Positions 7,477-14,629 of a stretch of DNA of 32,000 bases are shown piece by piece. The stretch comes from Tepidanaerobacter acetatoxydans Re1 (GTDB taxonomy: Bacteria; Bacillota; Thermosediminibacteria; Thermosediminibacterales; Tepidanaerobacteraceae): positions 1,624,516 to 1,656,515 of the forward strand of contig NC_019954.2 of assembly GCF_000328765.2 (NCBI RefSeq), read 5' to 3'. The number at the start of each line of letters is the position of its first letter. Position 1 is the stretch's first letter. Made by a program: the position numbers and the translations under genes. Under the pieces are notes generated by a model. The model was not told where the DNA came from. It searched no databases and was given only the letters and a program-made list of their open reading frames with translations.

Positions 7477-8670
7477 TTACACTGCATTTTCATTACCTAG
7501 CAAAGGCCCAAACCTTGAAGGGCTTAATTCGCTTACATCCATAAATGTTTTGCCTTCTGTAATCAAGTCAGAAATAATCTTTCCTGTAACCGGAGAAAGT
7601 GCTATCCCGTCGCCCTCATGCCCAGCAGCCATTATAAAGCCTTGTACATTTTCAACAGGTCCTAATAGCGGCAGTCCGTCAGGAGTATAAGGTCTAAGAC
7701 CTGCAAAAGACCTGATAGCATGAATATTTCTTAAGGCAGGTACTAAACGCACAGCATTGTTCACAATGGCATGAAGTGCTTCATGAGTAGTATTTTTATT
7801 ATAACCTACAAACTCACGGGTAGAACCTATTAATATCTGTCCATCACGTGTCTGACTCAGTGAAAGACCTACTCCAAGCCGGGTTTCTGGATTATCCGAT
7901 TCTTTTAGTATATTTGGATTATATTTTGCTGCTATGTATTTTGCGCAAAGCACATCCGCCATAACCAGTTTCGGTACAGACTCCGTCACAATTATCTGAC
8001 CCCTTCTGGGTTTTATGGGAAGTGAAAGGCCCACCATTTCGCCGATGAATGGAGCATAAACCCCAGCTGCATTTATAATTATATTTGTTTTTATTTCTCC
8101 TCTATTAGTAATAACTGACTTTACTTTACTATTTTCTGCTCTTATGTCTAAAACCGAAGTGCCAAGATATACTTTTGCACCTAATCTCTTTGCAGCTCGA
8201 GAAAATGCGAAACAGAGCCGCATTGGGTTTACATGAGCATCCAGCAAGCTATATGTAGCTCCCACTAAATGCGGTGAAAGCCCGGGTTGAATCTTCGATG
8301 CTTCCTTAAGGCTTAGAAGTTTAACTTCAAGACCGATCTCTTTTTGCCGTCTTACAAAATCCTTCATAACTTTTAGTTGGTCTTCATTTTCGATTAAAAT
8401 CATACCACCGGTAGCTTTGTATTCTATATCAAAGTCCAGTTCATCTGCTAAAGTTTTATACATTTTTGCGCTTTCCATAGCAAGCTGTAAGTGGATACCC
8501 GGGTTTTTAGATTGCAAAATTATATCTATATCACAAGCTCCTGAAGAACCTGATGCCAAGTCGTCTTTTTCAAGAAGAATTATTTCCATACCCTTCTTTG
8601 ATAGGTAGTATGCTATAGAAGTGCCTATTACACCACCGCCTGCAACTACTGCATCAGCGTTTTTCTTCAC
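7477..8670 (-). CDS. FAD-dependent amine/amino-acid oxidoreductase (DAO family; HcnC / LhpB / SoxB / proline-dehydrogenase-beta-like)
   Basis: 397 aa. N-terminal dinucleotide fold AVVAGGGVIGTSIAYYLSKKGMEIILLEK. The C-terminal region is typical of the glycine/D-amino-acid oxidase family (AGLRPYTPDGLPLLG, GHEGDGIALSP). Its start overlaps the stop of the upstream ORF (ATGA). Confidence 0.8.
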   Translation of the reverse strand: MKKNADAVVAGGGVIGTSIAYYLSKKGMEIILLEKDDLASGSSGACDIDIILQSKNPGIHLQLAMESAKMYKTLADELDFDIEYKATGGMILIENEDQLKVMKDFVRRQKEIGLEVKLLSLKEASKIQPGLSPHLVGATYSLLDAHVNPMRLCFAFSRAAKRLGAKVYLGTSVLDIRAENSKVKSVITNRGEIKTNIIINAAGVYAPFIGEMVGLSLPIKPRRGQIIVTESVPKLVMADVLCAKYIAAKYNPNILKESDNPETRLGVGLSLSQTRDGQILIGSTREFVGYNKNTTHEALHAIVNNAVRLVPALRNIHAIRSFAGLRPYTPDGLPLLGPVENVQGFIMAAGHEGDGIALSPVTGKIISDLITEGKTFMDVSELSPSRFGPLLGNENAV

Positions 8671-8930
8671 TCATCTTCCTCCTCCGCGATTTCTCCGATT
8701 TTTATAGCACGTACCGGAGGTCTGGAGGTGGGGGGTTTTATTTCAGCCGGATCCTCAACCTTTGCCAGCATTTGAGTAACCAAGCGCTGGCAAGTTCTAC
8801 CCTGACACAGACCCATACCGGCACGAGTTCTGCGCTTAACTCCGGCTAAAGTTGTAGCTCCATCATCAATAGCCTCTTGAATTTCTTTCCTCGTGACTTC
8901 TTCACAACGACAAATATATTCTTCATTCAT
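8667..8930 (-). CDS. BFD-like [2Fe-2S]-binding small protein
   Basis: 87 aa. C-x-C...C-x4-C pattern (ICRCEEVT...GMGLCQGRTC), as in bacterioferritin-associated ferredoxin-type domains. Acidic C-terminal tail. Confidence 0.7.
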   Translation of the reverse strand: MNEEYICRCEEVTRKEIQEAIDDGATTLAGVKRRTRAGMGLCQGRTCQRLVTQMLAKVEDPAEIKPPTSRPPVRAIKIGEIAEEEDE

Positions 8931-8932
8931 TA

Positions 8933-9445
8933 TTATTCAGACCTCCCTAGGCGTTTTATACTCCGAACGATATTTATATATTCAGCAGGTACTTCAACCG
9001 TTATAACGGCAGTAGCATCGTATTTTGGAGATTTGATTATTCTTAATACTTTGCCCTTAACCACTGCACTGCCTTCTCGGTCAACACAATCAACTTCATC
9101 GCCCTTATTAGGTAGTGGATAATATTCAAACGGAAAACTGACTTCAGCTTTTTTCCCCGAAACGTTTAATAGAAATATTGCAAGTCCCGGACATGCGGCT
9201 ATACATGTCCCGCAGCCAATACACTTATCTTCATCAAGTGTTGGCAAATTAGTAATTGGTTTACCTACAGTAATGGCACCATAGGGGCATGCCTCCTCAC
9301 ATGGATTGCACGGTATCTCTTGGACACATTCTATGCAAGCTACTGGCCCCTTTTGAATGCGGTCCTTGGATGGAACTCCCGGAATTTTAGAAAGCTCCTC
9401 TTCCGAAGGAAACCCTTGATAAATTACTCCTGATTTTTGTGTCAT
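8933..9445 (-). CDS. 4Fe-4S ferredoxin-domain subunit
   Basis: 170 aa. One canonical CIGCGTCIAACP cluster motif and one extended cluster CIECVQEIPCNPCEEACP. Start overlaps the upstream ORF stop (ATGA at 9442-9445). Confidence 0.75.
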   Translation of the reverse strand: MTQKSGVIYQGFPSEEELSKIPGVPSKDRIQKGPVACIECVQEIPCNPCEEACPYGAITVGKPITNLPTLDEDKCIGCGTCIAACPGLAIFLLNVSGKKAEVSFPFEYYPLPNKGDEVDCVDREGSAVVKGKVLRIIKSPKYDATAVITVEVPAEYINIVRSIKRLGRSE

Positions 9446-10536
9446 GCCAGTTGCCTCCTCGCATTTATCTGCTTAAGCTTAGCTGTAAATCTTCCTTCAC
9501 CAAACGGCCCTGTACGCAATGCATCCAATCGGCCCCAAATTTGATTTTTCAGTTCTAGAGCCTGTTTTTCATCATAGTATCCTAAACTTTCGGCACAAGC
9601 TACACCGGCCAGTCTCCCTTCTTCCATAGCAGAAGATGCTTCTTCAACGCCTGTGATATCACCGGCTACATATATACCCTTTAATGTTGTTTCCATATTT
9701 CTGTCATGAATAGGGACATGACCTCCTAATGCAGGTATAAAGGTAAACTCACAACCTGCCATCCAAGCAAGTTCTGTTAAAGGCGAAAGTCCAACAGCAA
9801 GGCAAACAGTATCAGCATTAAATTGCTTTTCAGTTCCTTTAACCTGTTGCCACTTCTCATCAAGTTCTACAGTGATAACTTCCTCTACCTTTTCTTTTCC
9901 TACTACTTCTTTAATTGTGGTAGAGATGTATATCGGAACACCAGCCCTTCGAATCTTTGAGGCATGAACTCCATATCCGCCTATTTTGGGAGCTGCCTCT
10001 ATCAATGCAACTACACCGGCTCCTGCCTGCATCAATTGATATGAAACTATGAGACCAACATTGCCAGACCCTACCATTACAATTTTTTGTCCCGGCAAAA
10101 CCCGATTTACATTAATCATGGTCTGTGCCGCACCTGCACCCATAACTCCGGGCAGTGTGCATCCCGGAAAAGCCAATGCATTTTCTGAGGCACCGGTTGC
10201 CATCACTATCTTTTCGGCTTTTAAAGTGTGGTCTTTACCATTGGTAATAAAAGCTATAAGGCGGTCCTCATAAATTCCATAAACAGCAGCATCGAGCAAC
10301 ACTTCTACACCAAGTCTCTCGGTTTCTTCCAAAAGCTGCCGACCTATACGAAATCCTCTGGTTCCAGCTCTATGTTCCCTTGAGCCGAAAAACTTGTGGA
10401 TTTGCTTAAAGAGTTGTCCTCCGGGCTTTAAATTTTCATCCAGCACCGTTACCTTTGCTCCGGCTTTTGCAGCTTCCACGGCACACGAAAGACCAGCAGG
10501 ACCGGCACCTATTACGGCGATATCCGTTGTTTTCAT
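9442..10536 (-). CDS. NAD(P)/FAD-dependent pyridine-nucleotide-disulfide-type oxidoreductase subunit (HcnB / LhpE / OoxA core-like)
   Basis: 364 aa. Two Rossmann motifs (IAVIGAGPAGLSCA and IVMVGSGNVGLIVS) plus GIYVAGDITG. Start overlaps the upstream ORF stop. Confidence 0.8.
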   Translation of the reverse strand: MKTTDIAVIGAGPAGLSCAVEAAKAGAKVTVLDENLKPGGQLFKQIHKFFGSREHRAGTRGFRIGRQLLEETERLGVEVLLDAAVYGIYEDRLIAFITNGKDHTLKAEKIVMATGASENALAFPGCTLPGVMGAGAAQTMINVNRVLPGQKIVMVGSGNVGLIVSYQLMQAGAGVVALIEAAPKIGGYGVHASKIRRAGVPIYISTTIKEVVGKEKVEEVITVELDEKWQQVKGTEKQFNADTVCLAVGLSPLTELAWMAGCEFTFIPALGGHVPIHDRNMETTLKGIYVAGDITGVEEASSAMEEGRLAGVACAESLGYYDEKQALELKNQIWGRLDALRTGPFGEGRFTAKLKQINARRQLA

Positions 10537-10850
10537 AATCTGTCACCCCACTCCCCAAGACCTTTCTGAGTGTTTATAATCATTCCGTCTCTAACCGGTG
10601 TAACACATGTTCTGACATTGGGAATACCGTCAACTGTCATTACGCAATCAGTACAACGGCCAATTGCACAAAATATTCCTCTGGGTTTATGATATTTTTG
10701 AGTTTCTCTAAATTTTTTTATGCCCGCGGCAAGAAGGGCAGCGGCGATCGGCTCTCCTTCAATAGCTTGTATTTTTTTCCCATCCACGGTAATCGTAGCA
10801 TTAAATTGTCTTGTTTCATCCCCTAGAATGGGATGGTGCATTACGCGCAA
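10533..10850 (-). CDS. Small [2Fe-2S]-binding subunit (HcnA / LhpF / sarcosine-oxidase-alpha N-terminal type)
   Basis: 105 aa. C-x4-C-x2-C-x12-C pattern (FCAIGRCTDCVMTVDGIPNVRTC). TTG start at 10850 is preceded by GGAGGGAG with a 5-nt spacer. Confidence 0.75.
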   Translation of the reverse strand: MRVMHHPILGDETRQFNATITVDGKKIQAIEGEPIAAALLAAGIKKFRETQKYHKPRGIFCAIGRCTDCVMTVDGIPNVRTCVTPVRDGMIINTQKGLGEWGDRL

Positions 10851-10938
10851 TTAATCTCCCTCCAATTCTTGTTTCAAATAGCATTTAGCTGCTAGTTTAG
10901 AATATCTGACCATTCTATCTGTCTTACGTGTTAAAATA

Positions 10939-10955
10939 ATGCAAGAAATATGCCT
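10939..10955 (-). promoter_or_regulatory. Candidate sigma-54 (SigL) -24/-12 promoter for the dehydrogenase operon
   Basis: Minus strand reads AGGCAT-ATTTC-TTGCAT against the consensus TGGCAY-N5-TTGCW. The GG-N10-GC spacing is exact. It is intergenic and correctly oriented, about 90 nt upstream of the TTG start at 10850. I found no convincing sigma-A -35/-10 pair in the same interval. Confidence 0.4.
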
Positions 10956-11010
10956 TTAATATTTTTTTATATTCTCTTAAGTGTTTTACGCTTACTATTT
11001 AGGGAAAACC

Positions 11011-11046
11011 TTTGTCAAATATACTTTAGGAAGCATTTTTGACAAA
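11011..11046. promoter_or_regulatory. Inverted repeat TTTGTCAAA-N18-TTTGACAAA (candidate activator/operator site)
   Basis: Perfect 9-bp arms at 11011-11019 and 11038-11046. The centre lies about 75 nt upstream of the -24 element. The sequence is too AT-rich to be a terminator. Confidence 0.35.
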
Positions 11047-11154
11047 AAGTTCTGTGCTGAAAAAATTATCATTTTAATACATGTTTATAGCTTTTAGAAA
11101 TATTATAAAAAATTGCCTTATTACCAGTCAATAATTTTTCCTCCAAAATTATTT

Positions 11155-11186
11155 CCCATAAAAGCAAAGACGGTTTTTTGACCGTC
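11155..11186 (-). terminator. Rho-independent terminator after thiI
   Basis: Minus strand reads GACGGT-caaaaa-ACCGTC followed by TTTGCTTTTAT, about 65 nt after the thiI stop. The stem is short (6 bp). Confidence 0.5.
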
Positions 11187-11249
11187 ATTTGATACATTTA
11201 TAATTCCTAGAAATTATTTTATAATAATTAGAATATCTTACAGTTAAAG

Positions 11250-12413
11250 CTATGGTTGCACATCTATGATTTCAATATCCGTAAGACCTATTTCTGTCAA
11301 TTTTTTTATATCAACCCCACTCTCGGCTTTTTGAACACTTAAAAGATTTGGACGCGTTTTAGGATGCTGAGGTACGAAAACCGTACAACAATCCGCATAC
11401 GGCTCTATGGAAATGTCATATGTTCCTATTTTCTTTGCGATATCCATAATCTCTATTTTATCACAACCGATAAGCGGGCGAAATATCGGCATTGTAGCAA
11501 CTTCATTGGTTGCAACTAGGGCTTCCATTGTTTGACTTGCTACTTGCCCCAAGCTCTCTCCCGTTACCAGCGCTTTTGCACCTACATTCTCAGCAATTTC
11601 TTGAGCTATTCGTATCATCATTCGCCGCATAATTATAGTTAAAAATTCATCAGGAGTATTTTTACTAATTTGCTTTAAAACTTCCGTGAAATTTACCACG
11701 TGCAATCGCATTTGACCCGAATACCCTGCTAAAACTCTACAAAGCTCTATCACCTTTTCTTTTGCCCTATCACTTGTAAAAGGAAAGCTGTGAAAGTATA
11801 CAGGTTCTATTTCAACTCCTCGCTTCATCAGCATATAAGCAGCTACCGGACTGTCAATACCTCCGGAAAGCAATAATACAGCCTTTCCATTACACCCCAG
11901 TGGCAGCCCTCCCGGTCCGGGAACTCTTTCACAATAAACGAAAGCCTTTTCCCGAATTTCGATATCAACTCTTATTTGAGGATTATGAACATCGACTTTT
12001 AAATTCCCAAGATTACTTAAAATATATGCCCCTACTTCTCTACTTACTTCAGGAGATTTAAGCGGAAAAGATTTATTAGGTCGTCTGGTTTCTACTTTAA
12101 AAGTTTTACCTTCAAATTTTTGGCCCTTGACTACTTCAAGAGCAGCTCTTTTTATTTGCTCTAAATCATTTTCACAGCTTAGCACAGGGCTTATGTAAAC
12201 TATACCGAAAACTTTTTTTAAGGCATTTATAACTTTTTCCCGCGGTGCTTTTGTAAAACAATAAATTCGTCCATGAGTTTTTTGAAGACGGACGTTTTCA
12301 TCATAAGGTCTCAATGCTTGTTTAATTCGCTGCATCAGAATTCTCTCAAAAAAAGGTCTGTTTCCACCTTTTAAGGCAATTTCGCCAAAACTTATCAAGT
12401 AAAGACTCTCCAT
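11250..12413 (-). CDS. thiI: tRNA uracil 4-sulfurtransferase ThiI (THUMP plus PP-loop, no rhodanese domain)
   Basis: 387 aa. PP-loop LLSGGIDSPVAAYMLMKRG. THUMP-type N-terminal half. Immediately downstream of a cysteine desulfurase, as in the Bacillus nifZ-thiI pair. Confidence 0.9.
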   Translation of the reverse strand: MESLYLISFGEIALKGGNRPFFERILMQRIKQALRPYDENVRLQKTHGRIYCFTKAPREKVINALKKVFGIVYISPVLSCENDLEQIKRAALEVVKGQKFEGKTFKVETRRPNKSFPLKSPEVSREVGAYILSNLGNLKVDVHNPQIRVDIEIREKAFVYCERVPGPGGLPLGCNGKAVLLLSGGIDSPVAAYMLMKRGVEIEPVYFHSFPFTSDRAKEKVIELCRVLAGYSGQMRLHVVNFTEVLKQISKNTPDEFLTIIMRRMMIRIAQEIAENVGAKALVTGESLGQVASQTMEALVATNEVATMPIFRPLIGCDKIEIMDIAKKIGTYDISIEPYADCCTVFVPQHPKTRPNLLSVQKAESGVDIKKLTEIGLTDIEIIDVQP

Positions 12414-12415
12414 TT

Positions 12416-13579
12416 TTACCTCCTTACAAACTTTCTTATTTCATTTACTTCTTCGGTAAGGACTCGTATGGTATAATCCATATCATCTGATGAAAGAAAA
12501 GGTGATAGGCTAAACCTTAAAGCACTATCCTGTTCTTCAGGACTCTTACCTAAGGCTCTTAACACATGACTTGTTCCACTCTTGTGTGAGGAACAAGCCG
12601 AACCTGTAGATACATATATACCTTTTGCCTCAAGCGCATGTAAAAGTATTTCTCCCTTTGTACCAAGGAAAGAAATATTTAGAATATGTGGAGCTCCTAT
12701 ATCAGGACCATTTAAAACTGTGTCCGGTATTCCTTTTAGTATACCATCTTTTAAGTGTTTTTTAAGCTCCTCCATTTTACTTTGCCAATTTATCATATTA
12801 TTAAAGCAAGCTTCGGCTGCCACACCCAATCCAGCAATTCCTGGCATATTTTCCGTTCCCGAACGAAGGCCTGATTCCTGACCACCGCCATGTAAAAGGG
12901 GTTCTATGCGCACTTTATCTCTTACAAAAAGAGCACCAATCCCTTTAGGACCATATATTTTATGACCACTCAAAGACAATAAATCAATACCTTTCAAATT
13001 AGGAACAAGAGGCATTTTCCCAAAAGCCTGTACCGCATCAACGTGAAAAAGTATATTTTTGTTATGTGTTTTAATAATTTCGGCTATATCCTCTATGGGC
13101 TGAATCGACCCTACTTCATTGTTTACATACATAACACTTGCAAGAATGGTTTCCGGTGTTAATGCATTTTTTAATTCACTTATGTCTATAAAACCTTCCT
13201 TATTCACTTTAAGATACGTAGTTTTAAAGCCCTCGTTTTCAAGAGCCTTAAATACCTCTAAAACCGATGGGTGTTCAATATATGTGGTTATAATATGATT
13301 GCCCTGCCGTCGAAGGTTGTGAGCAGCTCCCTTAATAGCCCAATTATTAGATTCTGTTCCACCTGAGGTAAAATATATTTCGCCAGGGTCTACACCTAAT
13401 ACTTGCGCTACTTTCTCGCGTGCCTGCTTCATTATTTTCTCGGCTTCAATTCCCTTTCCGTGCAGAGAAGAAGGATTACCAAAATACACTGTCATTACAT
13501 CAAAAACAGTTTGTGCTGCTTCATCCAAAACCTTAGTTGTCGAACTGTTATCAAGATATACCTGCCTCAAATTCATCAC
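12416..13579 (-). CDS. Class V aminotransferase-fold cysteine desulfurase (NifS/NifZ/IscS type)
   Basis: 387 aa. PLP-lysine motif LSLSGHKIYGPKGIG. Active-site loop SSGSACSS. GTG at 13579 or ATG at 13576 could be the start. Confidence 0.85.
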   Translation of the reverse strand: MMNLRQVYLDNSSTTKVLDEAAQTVFDVMTVYFGNPSSLHGKGIEAEKIMKQAREKVAQVLGVDPGEIYFTSGGTESNNWAIKGAAHNLRRQGNHIITTYIEHPSVLEVFKALENEGFKTTYLKVNKEGFIDISELKNALTPETILASVMYVNNEVGSIQPIEDIAEIIKTHNKNILFHVDAVQAFGKMPLVPNLKGIDLLSLSGHKIYGPKGIGALFVRDKVRIEPLLHGGGQESGLRSGTENMPGIAGLGVAAEACFNNMINWQSKMEELKKHLKDGILKGIPDTVLNGPDIGAPHILNISFLGTKGEILLHALEAKGIYVSTGSACSSHKSGTSHVLRALGKSPEEQDSALRFSLSPFLSSDDMDYTIRVLTEEVNEIRKFVRR

Positions 13580-13736
13580 CCGCTATACTTGTATTATCCT
13601 CGGATATTTATTTAAAATAAAGCTTTACCTGTTTTAAATCTTCTGTAATGCCGCATAAGTTTTTTTTCGAATGGATAAGCATTACCGTCCCACAGGTTTT
13701 ACCATTTATACACAGATCCAAAGGTTTAACATTTTT

Positions 13737-13764
13737 ATTATATCACAAGTTTATACTGTGTCAT
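13737..13764 (-). promoter_or_regulatory. Candidate sigma-A promoter (extended -10) for the desulfurase-thiI operon
   Basis: Minus strand reads ATGACA-N16-(TGA)TATAAT, with TATAAT at 13742-13737. This predicts a leader of about 150 nt. Confidence 0.4.
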
Positions 13765-14065
13765 CAACTTTTGCCCTACTTATTAACAGAAAAAACTTTA
13801 ATTCTTCCTTACTCCAACAAACTCTAACAGTAACCTAATGCAAAGCAAATTCCTTAATGTTTTTTGGCATTTTTAAAAACATCCTTCCCGTTATTGCTGA
13901 TATTAGTATTCATCTTTAAATTTTTTTTAATTATATTTCGCGAAAAATTCTATTACCATAATTTGTAAAGCATATACTCGTTTTAAAAAATATAATTAAG
14001 GCATAGTAACTTAAATTACGGGATAAAATAAGACTGTTGAATGAAAGTTATTGGAGGTGAATCAG

Positions 14066-14263
14066 TTGCCATTAACTCAAAAAGAAACCATGCTGCTGCA
14101 GGATGCCTTAAGTCATGAACAGATTTGTGTGCTAAAGTATAATAATTATGCAAATCAAATGCAGGACACAGAGCTTTCCTCTATGTTTAAAACCCTTGCA
14201 AATCGTGAACAGCAGCACATTGACACTATTAACCGGCTTTTACAACAGAATCAAAGTCAATAA
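14066..14263 (+). CDS. Small CotF-like spore coat protein (Coat F domain)
   Basis: Helical repeat with LLQDALSHEQICVLKYNNYANQMQD...LANREQQHIDTINRLL. I prefer TTG at 14066 (SD GGAGGTG at 14053-14059, 6-nt spacer) to the track start at 14051. Confidence 0.65.
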   Translation: MPLTQKETMLLQDALSHEQICVLKYNNYANQMQDTELSSMFKTLANREQQHIDTINRLLQQNQSQ

Positions 14264-14287
14264 TTTATTGTATAGGGAGGTATTTTG

Positions 14288-14518
14288 ATGAATCAGACAC
14301 AAAACAAAAACATAGCCGGAACTAATATTGATAAGGATATCCTAAACGATATGCTTATGACAGAAAAATATGTTTCCGGAACTTACGAAACAGCCGTAAT
14401 GGAGGCAGCTAACGAAACTGTAAGGGATACACTTCGACAGATTCAAGATGAAGAACAGCAGCATGCAAAGATGATCTTTGACGCTATGAATCAGCGCGGC
14501 TGGTACACGCCACAGTAA
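14288..14518 (+). CDS. Small CotF-like spore coat protein (Coat F domain), second copy
   Basis: DILNDMLMTEKYVSGTYETAVMEAANETVRDTLRQIQDEEQQHAKMIFDAMNQRGWY. ATG at 14288 is preceded by GGGAGG with a 7-nt spacer. Forms a two-gene unit with 14066-14263. Confidence 0.65.
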   Translation: MNQTQNKNIAGTNIDKDILNDMLMTEKYVSGTYETAVMEAANETVRDTLRQIQDEEQQHAKMIFDAMNQRGWYTPQ

Positions 14519-14528
14519 TCAATCAACA

Positions 14529-14565
14529 GGCGGCAAGAGGTATTTCTCTTGCCGCCTCTCTTTAT
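14529..14565. terminator. Strong terminator hairpin between the convergent cotF-like and queG genes (possibly bidirectional)
   Basis: GGCGGCAAGAG-gtattt-CTCTTGCCGCC forms a perfect 11-bp stem. It is followed by TCTCTTTAT on the plus strand and by a moderately U-rich tract on the minus strand. Confidence 0.8.
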
Positions 14566-14629
14566 AAATTCCATGTCTGAGTATTTTGTAAACAATAACT
14601 GTTCCAATTTTAACCAAGCATGACCCCTC

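Noticed and set aside
7262-7690. 142-aa plus-strand ORF spanning the racemase/FAD-oxidoreductase junction
   Set aside because: It is antisense to two supported genes, has no SD, and has a shadow-ORF composition. The same reasoning applies to the other antisense track ORFs: 2792-3136, 14825-15148, 21400-21702, 22181-22531, 30060-30347 and the many 60-90 aa ones.
10960-11052. 30-aa plus-strand ORF (MPLIFFYILLSVLRLLFRENLCQIYFRKHF) in the thiI/dehydrogenase intergenic region
   Set aside because: It has no SD and is on the strand opposite to all neighbouring genes. It overlaps the candidate promoter and inverted repeat, and looks like AT-rich noise.
13823-13915. 19-aa minus-strand ORF (MNTNISNNGKDVFKNAKKH) and an AT-only hairpin ATGTTTTT...AAAAACAT
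   Set aside because: It has no SD and is very short. The stem is purely A/T with negligible stability.
14529-14556. Shared 8-mer GGCGGCAA/TTGCCGCC between the hairpins at 2762-2788 and 14529-14556, considered as a possible dispersed REP-like repeat family
   Set aside because: Only 8 nt are shared, and the arm order, loops and flanks differ. The third strong hairpin (31022-31045) is unrelated. This is more simply explained by GC-rich stems in AT-rich DNA.
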